64,000 bases of DNA from Lama glama (taxonomy: Eukaryota): the NCBI GenBank assembly GCA_028534125.1, contig CM052816.1, forward strand, positions 14,076,001 to 14,140,000, read 5' to 3'. Shown here piece by piece: positions 36,101 through 47,592 of the stretch. The translations under genes were made by a program, and so were the position numbers. The notes beneath the pieces were generated by a model. That model saw nothing but the letters and a program-made list of their open reading frames with translations. It searched no databases and was not told the origin of the DNA. Position 1 is the first letter of the stretch; every line of letters begins with the position of its first letter.

Positions 36101-38949
36101 AAATGGCCTCATCGGATGCCCTCCTGGTGGGTTACGTAGGTGCCCGAGCATTTTTCCTTTCTTCCCGTGCGCATCTCCAATGAACTTCATGTATGACAGG
36201 ACAGCCGCAGGGAGTGCAGAGTGTGAAACAGGGAAGTGCTGTCATTATAGTTGTGAAGGCAGCGGGAGAGCCCTCCAGGGCTTATTAACCAGCTAGAGAT
36301 AAAGAGGAAAAGGAGGCAAGGACGGAAGATGAAGGAAAGAAACCAGTGTGAATCATCTGCACCTGTGTCTGACAGTGGACTCAGCCATCTCTCATCTTTC
36401 CTCCTAATTCTGTAAAGGAATCGCATTATCCTGATGCCCATTTCCAAACCGAGCCAACGGGTCAGGAAAGTTCTCAGCGAGTGAGTTCTCGAAGCTCCTG
36501 GGTGGTTGGGGCTAGAAAACTTAGACCCTGGGGCTCACAGCTCTCCAAAGGCAAAGGGCCTCCCCCAGCCCTCCCTCCTTGCTCTGCCCCTCCACACTTT
36601 CCTTGGCTTATGCAGCCTAAAGCAAGTATTTCAGTGCAGCAGAGCTCAACTCAGCAGCCTTGGTGGCCTCTGTTCTACTGGAGAATCTCTGGGGACGGGA
36701 GGTCTCCTGATTCTGCTTGGAAAAGCAGGGACCCTTCCCTACAGGGAAAGAGAGGTGGGCGAGCACGTGAGTTCTGCTGCACTTACAGCCACGGACCCAG
36801 GAGCCTGGAGACATCCTTCAGGGATAAATCTGTCTTAGAATCTCTGCTCAGTTCAGGAGCACTGAGCACATATCCTTCAAGCACTTGGCACCTCAACCTC
36901 TGTCTGACCTTTGAGGGCTTCACCTGCATTGTACCTGGAAATGAAGTGGTCCACGTAAGTTAAGTGTCTTGGACTGCCGAGGGCTTCCAGCAACAGCCGC
37001 CTAACAAAGGTCTTGTTTCATCATAGCTGTGTGACCTTGCACAAGTCACCTGACCTCTGTGATTCACATTTCTTTATCAGTAAAATGAAGATTACAAATT
37101 AATAAATATTTCTATACAATAAAGGATGACCCTCCAACCATGCTAGATTGTAGGTACCTTGAAGAGAGGGTCTGACTCACTTCAGCTTTTCCTTCGAGGT
37201 ACCTTCCTAACAGGGTGCCTTACTCCAAAGAAGGGGCTCAGCACACATTTGTCCGTTTAAGGCAGAACTGGCTAGAGCAAAATAGTATGTGTTATGGGCC
37301 ATCCAGACCTGGATTGAAATCCGGCCTCTGCCATTCACTCCCCGTTAGGAAACCTTTCAAGAGTTTGGTCATCACTCATCACTACACCTCCAGGGTCTCA
37401 TGTTGCAAAACTTTACGGGAAGCCGTTCTCAAAGTGTATTCCTGGAGTGAGGCAAGAGGGAGCCCTGACTGTTTCAAAGGGGTGTTGCAAGGATTCAAGG
37501 TCACAGTGAATGCAAAGTGGGCCAGCACAGGCTGGCTCAGAGCAAGTGCAGAGAAACACAGTCCAGAAAAGGCATAAATTAACAGAAGATGCTAAACTCA
37601 CAGAACAGCAGACTAGGTCCGCAACACACTATTTGAAAGCTTGAAGAATTCCGCTAATATGCAAAGATGCTACCACAAATTTGTATTTTCAGGGACTCAG
37701 TCCTGTTTCTGGTTGTTCAAGGAAAGGTTTTACAAACCTCGGTTCTTTTTTTTTTTATCCCTCACTGTGAATGTGGAAATGTTTCCACTAGCAAAAACAC
37801 ATGAATTTTTACCACCACCCTTCCCCAGATGGTCTATTCATATAAATGAATCTTAATCACCATTTTATATTGATAAGCTGCAGACCTAACATCACCAATA
37901 TTTTTTTTTCTTTTGAATCTTGTCATTCCAAGAACTCGATGCTGTTGGCAATCACTCTTGCAAAGGACTCCGGTCTTTCTACTGTGAAAGAAAAATGTGC
38001 AGGGACCACTGCTCAGACTCAAAAAATGTGTTTATAGCAGCACTGCACTTTTCCCGGTAGAGGCTGAGAGGCTTCATTAAATCTTGGAGATTTAAAGGAG
38101 GAACACAGCCACCATCTCCATCCTGGGCCCACAAGACCAAAACCCACCTTCTACCTGGGAAGTTTTTAGGAAACAAGTTCTGATTTTCTCTGCCAACCAC
38201 TCTTCCCTTCTTTAGAAATGGTTGATCCACCTGGAGCAGCCCTGCTGCCCACGTCTCTATCTAAGCTGCATTTGTACACCTAACATTTACCTGCGGAGCA
38301 TCCCCGTGTATCAGGAAGACAAAGAGGTCTGGATGAGATGAAGTAGAGGAGAAACAAACACTAGGGTGGTGGAGAAGAAAGGCACCTGGAGTCCAGATGC
38401 CAACACTGTTTTTCATCTACCTTCATCTTTGTCTCCTGCTATCCCCGAGATCAGATTCCTCATCAGTCAAATGGAGATAAAAACTCCTCTCCTGCCTACC
38501 TCAAGAGGATTGGTCCTTCCCTCCCTTCTTCACCAGAGCTGGGAGCTGCTACCACCGCCGCGACCCAGCCCCCACGCCAATTCACAGGGCTGAAATAACT
38601 CCCAGTAGTGCAGGGTTGCCAACTCAAGTTTCTAATGCAAAAACGACAGAGGAAGCGTATATTCCATGTGTTCCCCTCAGCTGCTGTGTGCTTGTGCTTC
38701 CAACAGCCCAAACCTTCCACCTTCCTAACCCTTTACTGCCACCAATGCTCAGTAGACTTTGGCCAGTGACCTGGCCCACAAAAGCCCAAAAGGAGAAAGT
38801 GGTTACACAATGATGGTTCAGGGAATCTTATGTTCTCATTTTAAACAGTAATTAGGAAGACTACAGGGGCACATGGGAGAAATGTCTACAAGATAATGCT
38901 GAGGGAAAAACACAGTGACAAAAATCACACCTGGCACTCAGTTGGCAGA

Positions 38950-39130
38950 TCTGGGGATGGAATCAGACCTGGGTTTGAATCCCAGTGTTGCCAACCACGA
39001 CCACACGACCTCTCAGAGCCTCAGTCTTTTCATCAAATAATAGGAATAATAATTCCTTCCTTCTAGAATTATTGCAGGAATTTGGTGGAAAATACATAAC
39101 AGGCTTAGCATAATTCAAGCTCCTGGTGAG
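38950..39130 (+). mobile_element. MIR SINE
   Basis: 'ggaatcagacctgggtttgaatcccagtg...cctctcagagcctcagtcttttcatc'-type core. Confidence 0.8.
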
Positions 39131-39328
39131 AGAGTTCACATTCTGTGCATATGTGCACGGATAACAATGAGAACGGATCCTAGGCAGAAGGGCAGGGTCC
39201 TTTAGAAATAAGAAGATGCAGTGTTTTGTTTTGTTTTTCATTTAAGATTGTTATAATATCTTAGTAAAATATACAAACATCAATGGGACTAGAATCTATT
39301 GGACTAGAACAATACAATTAAATAAGAA

Positions 39329-39451
39329 GGGGAGGGGGTATAGCTCAGGGGTAGAGTGCATGCTTAGTACGCACCATGTCCTGGGTTCAATCCCCAGTAC
39401 CTCCACTTAAATAAAAAAATAAACCTAATGACCTCCCTCCCCTCACAAAAA
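39329..39451 (+). mobile_element. Vic-1-like SINE
   Basis: A/B boxes and 'aaacctaatgacctccc'; perfect 14-bp TSD acaattaaataaga at 39314-39327 and 39452-39465. Confidence 0.95.
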
Positions 39452-40369
39452 ACAATTAAATAAGATTCTGCTAATCCCTGCCCTTCTCACTTATGCTAGG
39501 AGATGCCGTTCCTAAAGAGGTCTGCCCATGGGACAATTTATTAAAAAAATCAGAAAAATACGGAGCCTCTGGAGTTTTCCCACCCCAAGCCCATGCAATT
39601 CTTCAGCCGAGTTGGAATGGGCTGGAATCAATTTCTGTAAGGAAACCGTCCACATCTAAGGAAGCAAGAGGTGGTGAGGAAGTAAGGCTGTAGAATGAAG
39701 GGCAGATTCACAGTTGGAGAACAGAGTAATTAACATTTTAGATAAATACTTAGAGAGACTCTCAGAGCTTCCCACCATGGTCCTAGACACCCTCAGCAAA
39801 CCACAAGGCTACCCAGTAGGGTGTCACCACCCTCAAAAGGGCATCTTGTCTGTGGGTTCCCATGGCCTGGGTTTGGGAACCAGGCTCCAGCAGGACCGTT
39901 TGCAGCAGGCAGAGTGCATTCAATCAGAGGCAGATGACTGGCGTGGGACTTGATTTGTTCCACGACAGTTATCAGCAGAGACAGGCTCAATTATTTTCAT
40001 TCTATGGAGTCAACAGAGACAGGACAAATAATGGGTCTGAGCCAGAGAAGTAAAGGTTAAGGTGAGGGGAAGAGAAGGAACCGAGGGGGGACCCTCCCAG
40101 GCCTGCCACGCTCACTGAATCATGATGCCAGGAAGGGTGAGCAAGGGCCAGAGGACATGGGATGCTTGTCTGCTCCTGTTCTGCTGGTCCCAGCAGAAAC
40201 TCCTTTAGGGCCAAGATCGCCTCTACTGTGTGACTGACTCTAGGTGTCCCAAGTGCAAAGAGCTGCATCAAGACCTCATCTAAACGGTTCAGCATCAGGA
40301 GGGAGGTGGTAATCTGGGGGCCCCCTCACCCCTCCTCCTTTATCCAGCACAGCCCCCTTTTCCTCTCCA

Positions 40370-40600
40370 ATAATCAAACAGTTCACATTACTAAGGGCCT
40401 CCTCCTGCCAGGCACTGCGCTACACCCTTGGCACGCACCATTGTATATCACTTTGCCAACAACCTGGGAGTTAGGGACTGTTACTATCCTACCTTACAAA
40501 TGAGGAAATGAGGCTTGGAGAGGGTTCTATGACTTGCCCAAGCTGGTAAGTGGCAGAACCACCAAACCTAGATCCCAAGCTCTCAAGCACTACACTCTCC
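40370..40600 (-). mobile_element. MIR SINE
   Basis: 'tgccaggcactgcgcta...ttacaaatgaggaaatgaggcttggagagggtt...gacttgcccaag'. Confidence 0.85.
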
Positions 40601-41269
40601 CTCTTTTCAGCTCCTTTCTTTCTCCTCTGTTTACACCAAAGGCTTTCTAAGACCCTCTCCCTCACCCCAGATCAGATCCCATATCTTCTGGGGGTTGGGG
40701 GCTATGCAGGCGGCTGACCTCAGAAGAATAAGGCCGCTCAGGTGGAGGGTTACTGAGATTTCTTAAGAACAGAAAATTTCCCCGGCTGCCTGCAATAAAT
40801 CCAAGCCTTCCTTCCTTTGTGATTTCACCCCGGGAGCCACACTCCAGGATGACTCATCCCTAGGCCGGCAGGAGATCTCCTCTGGAGACTGGAGGTGACC
40901 TTGGCGGGGGCACTCACATCCTGTGCCTGTTTTCCCATTTGTCAAATGGGCAGCCGTGGCCTCCCTGCCAGGCTTGTTGTGGAATATCTGCGCGAATACA
41001 AAGCATGTGGAAAATAATTTGAAAAGGAGAATGCAAAATACCGACCATCCTCTAACTCCCACCTCCATCCCACAAACCAAACCCTTATCTAAACCTTCTC
41101 CAATCTGAATTCTGGCTTCAGGGGTTCACCTGCACTCCTGCCTTCTCCTCGTGCAGGGGCAAACTGGGATTCCTAGAAAAAAGAACAGGGACATGGATAA
41201 TAATCCTTTTCTCCCCAAAGGAAATTAGTCACTCCTTCAGCTCCCCATCAGCCTATAAGAAGCACACAT

Positions 41270-41470
41270 AATACTAATAACAGCTAACAGTCACGGAGCC
41301 CTAATTAAGTATGGATTTTATATTTTCTCCCCACATAATCCCTTTATGAGTGTCTACGACTAGTCCCACTTTACAGATGACAACTAAGGGTCAGAGCAGT
41401 TGATCACAGAAACTTAAAGGTCACACAGCTAGTTTGACAAGCCCAGATTCCAGATCAACTGTCAGTCTCC
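41270..41470 (-). mobile_element. MIR SINE
   Basis: 'aataacagctaac...cccactttacagatga...aaggtcacacagctag'. Confidence 0.75.
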
Positions 41471-41599
41471 TCCACACTACCCTGCCTTCCCTTCCTTCCT
41501 TTGAAAATGATCAGCCTGAGCACTCCCACCACCTTCCGGATTGATTTTTCTCCAGAATTCTTATACTCTGTAGTAAGGAACTTGCTGCCCTGCCCCCCC

Positions 41600-41740
41600 A
41601 ACCCACCCAGGTAGACTGTAAATCCACGTAGGCAGGGAATTTTTCGCATGTCTTGCCACCGCTGGGTCCCCTCAGTGCCTAGAACAATGCCTGACACATA
41701 GTAGGTACTCAATAAATATTTATGATAGAAATGAATTTGG
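41600..41740 (+). mobile_element. LINE-2 3' terminus
   Basis: 'cagtgcctagaacaatgcctgacacatagtaggtactcaataaatatttatg'. Confidence 0.85.
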
Positions 41741-43251
41741 ACAAAAATTCCCATTAGCTATTTTTGACTGTCCTTTCTACTGTATTGTAGATTTTGGCAG
41801 AATATTGTTCTTCCCAGTGCCTCCTCTCATCCACCACTCCCCATCCCTCTGAGTCTAGAACGGTATTTTGAACACAGTAAAATATTCCATAAATACTTTG
41901 CAGCAGGATTTAATTCTTTCTTTTTTGTGGCTCTGGAATGTGTGCTGGGGATGGTTTGTTGTCTGGGGAACTCACTGTTTCTGCTCCCCACCACAAAGAA
42001 GGTGCTGGGGGACACTGAGGAGAGCTGGAAACGCACAGAGCTTCCTCCCTGCGCCCCCGGGGCCAGCTCTCTGCACCTTGCTCCACGATGCCCACAGACA
42101 GGCGAGCTCACAGCCTGATGCCCGGGTCCCCTCCCTGGCTTTCATTTGCCACATTTCTGACTCATCTTCGCTGGGCTGTGGAAAAGCGTTCTGCGTGCAG
42201 CTTCACAGAGTCGGCTGAGCAGCCTGACCGAACACTGCAGATGATACGGGGGGGGGGAGGATCTAATTAAGCAGAGTGGGTGATAGTGTCAGGAAGAAAA
42301 AGCAAGCAAGTGGCAATTTGGGTATGTGCCTGCAAATAAGAGAGATGGCTGCCGTGTTCTCCCCTGGCTTCTGTTTGCCCTGTAAATCTCAGTTCACTAA
42401 TCCAAGTGTTTTCATTACCACTGTATATGACAACACGCTGTGTCAGGCCCATCATGGGGAAATGAAAACCAAGGAGGGGGGCGAAGGGAGTCAGGATACC
42501 CCACTCTCCCATTTCTCTTGTTTACACTAATCTGAAGGTGTTTTTCCCCCTTCTGCCATAAACACAACATGGGATTTTCCAGGATCAGACAGATTACCTT
42601 TTTCCACTCATAAAAAGGAACTTCAGGCCCTGAGCTCTCCCCCTAAAACCATGCAATTCAGGGGCAAGGAGTCACCTTGGTCACTGTTGACAGTCACTCC
42701 CCAGGCAATCATAAGAACTAGGTCATGAATTAAACACCAGGTCCGTAAGGAGAGTCCCTGAGTGGGAAGCAACATGATGCTTAAGATGAGCATTTGAATT
42801 TCACCTTCACTGTGTGGCCCTGGGCAAGTCACTGAACCTCTCTGAACCTCGGCTTCGTCAAACAAAATACGGCAATAACAGGATTAAGTGTATAACATGA
42901 AGCACTTAGCACAGTACCTGACACAGTGAAGTGCTATGCAACACACTCCCATCTCCTGGCCCTTCATCTCTGCCTTTCCAACTGCTAACAAAAACTTCCA
43001 GAAAGCTGTGTGGCTCAGTCTTTCCCTTCTGTCTCAAACATCACAGTATCAGTGAGCCTTTCCTTACCACCTTAAATAAAATAAAATACTAGTCCTTCCT
43101 CTCTTACACACACCCGGCGTCCCTCCTCGTGTCCTTCGTTTCAGTCCACAGCACAAAGCACTACCTGACATTTTACTTATATATAATACACAATTTACAT
43201 ATATACACAATGCACATAAATATATATACACATAATATATATATGTGCACA

Positions 43252-43564
43252 CAGCGAACAACATGGGTTGGAACTGTATGGGTTCATTTATCTGTAGATT
43301 TTTTCCAACAAATATAGTACCTGTATTTTCATTTTACAGATCTTTAACTCTGTGTGGGGAAAAGTTTGTGTTTGATTAGAGACCAGAACATGTGGACTGC
43401 AAAGAACTAGGCTTTGAGCCATGATTCTATCCAAACTGTTTCAGCTTCCTGCCCTTGAATGAGTCATTTATCAAGTCTTTTGTTTTTGAGGCAGACATAG
43501 CAGCACTTGGATTTTTGACTGAGTGGGAGTCAGTGCTCCTAATCCCTGCATAAAGGGTCAAATA
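43252..43564 (+). mobile_element. Tigger2-derived MITE (Tigger2a_Art-like)
   Basis: Ends 'gaacaacatgggttggaactgtatgggttcatttatctgtagatttttt' and 'ggatttttgactgagtgggagtcagtgctcctaatccctgcataaagggtcaa'; TA-rich flanks. Confidence 0.7.
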
Positions 43565-44600
43565 TATATATATATTTTTTTTTTTTCAATTCCCTTCACC
43601 TAAAAGATAAACTCCAAGAAGGCAGAGCTTCTGCTTTGTTGACTGCTGGATCTCCAGCACCTGTAACAGAGGTGCCTGGCGTACAGGGGGCATTTCACAA
43701 ATACTAACTGAACAAATAAACAGAAGCTATTCTTCTGACCTTGATGACTAGAAGGGCCATCAGAGAACGCATAGGCCGGAGTTCTTCCCAGGCTAGGAAA
43801 CTGAAACTGAGAGACATCAGACGACCTGCCCTCTGGTTCAGGCTGCCCCACAACTGTGTAGTAGTGGAGGCTGGGGGCCCTGCCTCCCTGGCGTCTTGCT
43901 CTGCCTCCAGCCAGCCCGCTCAGACCAACGACTCAGCATGTTGGTACCCTGTGCTCCACATCTGAGGACTGGAAACAATTAAGCAGATGGCTCTCCCTCC
44001 CAAGTGCTCCCAACCCGGATGCCCCAGTGACTGGCAATCTATAAAAGCAAAAAGGACAGGTGGAGATACCGCAGCCGCTCTGGAAATCCATCAACAAATG
44101 TGCTCAGTGTTGAGGAACTGCAGACAGCTGCAGCACAAAGGAGCCAAAGGCCACTGCACTTCTCTCTAAACTCCACCAGCATCAAGGACCCTCTTGGCTT
44201 TCCGCACTGACTGAAGGCAAGTACTGCCGCCCTGTTTCAGGGGTGCCTGGATGACTTCCTCTTCCAGACACGGGGAACCTGGGGAGAAGTATGCAAACCC
44301 CAGCTCCACCATTACCTAGGTGCCTAACCTCTCTGGGAACCAACTTTTCATCAAATGAGAAAGCCCAGATACAGCACCTGCCAAAGTACACGGCATACAG
44401 CAGACACGGGAAGACACTAACTGTTCTACACTGATGATACCCAGAGGCAAACACAACTGCCCTCCCCTCACCCCCATCCACCTCATTGGCTCTGTGATTA
44501 GAATCCAGGGTCTTGAAATGAAGGGGGCTATTCAGCCTTAGGAATCCAGGACCAGATAATTTTTTTTTTTAAGGATCTCATTTCCCATTCAAGTAGAGTG

Positions 44601-44740
44601 TTGTTCTTTTTTTTTGGTGGGGGTGGTAATTAGGTTTTTTTCATTTGTTTATTCTTTGAGGAGGTACTGGGGATTGAACCCAGGACCTCATGCATACTAA
44701 GCATGCGCTCTACCACTTGCGCTATATCCTCCCCTCCCCC
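44601..44740 (-). mobile_element. Vic-1-like SINE
   Basis: 'ggtaattaggttt', 'ggggattgaacccaggacctcatgcatactaagcatgcgctctaccac'; TSD at 44584-44600 and 44750-44766. Confidence 0.93.
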
Positions 44741-45029
44741 CACCCTCATCCTGTTCAAGTGGAGTGGAAAGAACTCAGACTCCAGACCAAGTCCTCCTCT
44801 TCCTTCAAGACACTGAGGACCCCAACACAGCCCCAACAGAGAGGATTCCAGCCCCAGGGTGGAATCAGGTTCTTTTCCACAGAAAGTAGGATCTGGTCAA
44901 GGGCTCCCTGGAGACTGAGGTGGCAAAAGACCAAACAAAAATTCCCTGAGCTCCTTTTACCAGTCCCCCTAACTGGATAATTAGATTTAAAATACCAAAG
45001 AGGGACACCCTCAGTAACTGGAAAGTGGT

Positions 45030-45225
45030 GACTAAATCAGTCCCATCCCTAGCACCTTACTCTGTGTTAGCTGGTCCAGTTCCTCAACCTCTCTGAACCT
45101 CAGTTTCCTCATCTGTATACATGGAAGAGCAATGCCAACCACATGGTGCTATTGTAGGGATTAAAGGAGAATATGCGCTAAATACCGTGCCCGTGCCCGG
45201 GACATTAGCTGCGGCTTTGAATATT
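45030..45225 (+). mobile_element. MIR SINE
   Basis: 'aacctctctgaacctcagtttcctcatctgtatacatgg...ttgtagggattaaa'. Confidence 0.85.
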
Positions 45226-45799
45226 CAAGCCAAGAAACCCAGTGCAGCCAGTGCCGGAATCGTAAGCATTAACTGCTCTGCAAGAACACTGTGTACAGCG
45301 AACGCAGCCCTTCCCTAGACCACAGACCAGAATCAACCTCTCCTCCATGGGCTGTAGGTTGGGAGCAAACTTGAACTCCACCAGAGGCTTCCAGAAATCT
45401 TACCAAGCAAGATGGGGAGGAGTCGAGAGACATAAACAGTGCAGAAAGTCAAGGTGGAACCGAGACCCAAGCAGCTCCTGAAAGAGGGGTGTCCGGCTGG
45501 AAATGGGGGATGCGGCTTTTGAAATAACCTGATCTGAAATAACTGTTCCATTGGACTTCCCAATGGAAACTGCCACCTTTGATGACTTGAGACTTCTACA
45601 GGAGGTTCCGGTGGCAGTGTGGTTGCGAGGTTACAAATATAAGCTAAGGGTGAATCAAACCTAGTGGGGAGGGTCCCAAGAGTCCCCTGGGGGTTCCAGG
45701 GGCTGGTGACTTTCAGCTAGCACGTAATGTCCCTGGGCGTCAGTTTCTCCCTCGACCCTGGAGCTAATGGTCACTGCCCCCGCAGAGAGTTGTGAGGTT

Positions 45800-46700
45800 C
45801 AACGGGGCGGGGGCGCGCTCAGGGTCTTCCTGGACAGGGCCCGAGGCGCCCGCGAGCGTCTCATCCGTTCAAAGAGCTAAAAAACGAGGGAAGGGCGGCG
45901 CGCGCGGCTGCACACGAGCTGAGGCCCTTTCTCAGCAGCAGCTGCTGAAAAAATAATCAGAAGAAAGCAACTGGAACGCGTGGGGGGGGGGGCGCGACGA
46001 GGCGGGGGCTCCTCCCGCAGGCGCCCCGGAGCCAGCCCGGGCCTGTGGCCTGGCCGGGGAGGCCCGGAGGCCGCGGAGCGGGCGCCCCGCGGGAGCGCCG
46101 AGGCCCCGCTGCGCCCGGCCGGGCGGGGGCGGCGGAGGCGGAAGCGGGGGCGGCCGGAGCGCGGTGGGGATGTTTAAAGGAAATTTACAATCATTTCCTC
46201 TCTGTGGTTTGGTGACAAATCAACAACATCCTGTTCTTTTGTGAGGCTCCGGGCGCCTGCGAGGCGGGGGCAGCGCTCCGGCTCTTAAAGGGACACACAC
46301 AGGTCCCCCTCCCCCCCACCCCCACTCCCCTGCGGCTCAAAAAAAAAAAAATATAGCCTCCCCAAGGCGCCACCTCCCGGGGCGCGCGCAGCCGGAATGC
46401 AGGAACTGCTGCCCGAGCCGCCCCCAGGCCGCGACCCGGACCGCGTCCCCTCCCCCGCTGTGTCCCTCCACGTCCCCCTCCCCGCAACCGGGGACCGGAG
46501 GAGAAGGCGGCGGCGGCGCGCTCCTCGGATAGATGTCGCAGCCCGGGGCCATCTCCCGCCGAGGGGGCAGGCCAGGGGCCGAGGGGCGCGCGTCCGACGG
46601 TTCCCCTTCCTCCCCTCCCAACCCCGGGGCAAAGCAGCCCCGGCTTCGGACCTCCTGGTAGCTTTTATCGCCCTCCCCCAATCCTCTGGCCTCGAACTTT
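45800..46700 (-). promoter_or_regulatory. CpG island; probable promoter and first exon of an unidentified gene (leftward transcription inferred)
   Basis: Very high GC and CpG density, multiple GC boxes (ggggcgg, gggcgg), TATA-like CCCTTTAAGAG on the minus strand (46282-46292), donor-like ATT|GTAAAT at 46189/46188. Strand is inferred from these motifs and a by-eye A+C excess on the plus strand left of the island. Confidence 0.8.
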
Positions 46701-47407
46701 TCCACCCCCAAACTGTGGATTTATGGTTAAAATGTCGACGTACTCACACGAGGTTTATAAAACGCCAAAAGCAGAGAGAGGCTTCCCGAGCTGTAGGAGT
46801 AATGAGAATCAGATGGCTAGGACTAGAAAAAATAAAATATACTCAACTGCCCTCCTGGGATTTCGTTCATTCAGTCATTTGAGTATTTTTTTCTCTAAGC
46901 GCTGGTGACTGGTCTAGGCCCAGTGCAGCAGGAACAAGACAGGCTCGGTCCCTGCCCCCAGAGAGCTTAGATTCTTGAATGAATGAATGAGTTAAGGAAT
47001 GGCTGAAAGAAGGAAGCAAGAGGATTGTTTCACACATTCTAAGCGCTGATTAAAGGGCTATAGTCTGGAACAGCAACTTTCCATACGGAGAATTCTCTGA
47101 GCAGATGACCATCCGACTGGGACCTGAAGGGTGAAAAGACCCTAGCTCTGGGAAGAATTAGTTGAGGGGTCCACATAATATTCTCAGGAAAGAGAATGGA
47201 AGTTGGGGACGGCACTCTGCCCATCCCCAAGACCACCTGAAGGGCATCCTGGAGGCAGCTTTTCTTCATAAGGACAAGTCTTGGAGGGTGGTATCCAGGA
47301 TAAGAGACACCTGGGTCCCTCTGGTCTGGCTGGATAAGCTGGAGAAGTCTTTCCCCACGCTGGGCCTCAGTTTCCTCTTCTGAAAAAGGAGAACACTAGA
47401 GTTGATT

Positions 47408-47592
47408 CAGTACTTCTCAATCCTGGCACAAATTAGAATTACCCAGGGAGATTTTCAAAAACACTGACCCCCTGATCCCGCCTCAGACCAGCAGAATCAG
47501 AATCACTGGTAATGGAGCCTGGGCACTGGCATTTTTTTTTTAAGGCTCCAGGGGTGAGTTTAGTGTGCAGCCAGGGTTAGGAGCCAGTGAGC
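47408..47592. mobile_element. MER5A hAT-Charlie MITE
   Basis: 'cagtacttctcaatcctggc...ttagaattacccagggagatttt...gaatcagaatcactgg...gtgcagccagggttaggagccagtg'. Confidence 0.85.

Noticed and set aside
45800..46700. Assigning a gene symbol to the CpG-island promoter
   Set aside because: No coding exon I recognise lies in the window, so naming the gene would be a guess; BLASTN is needed
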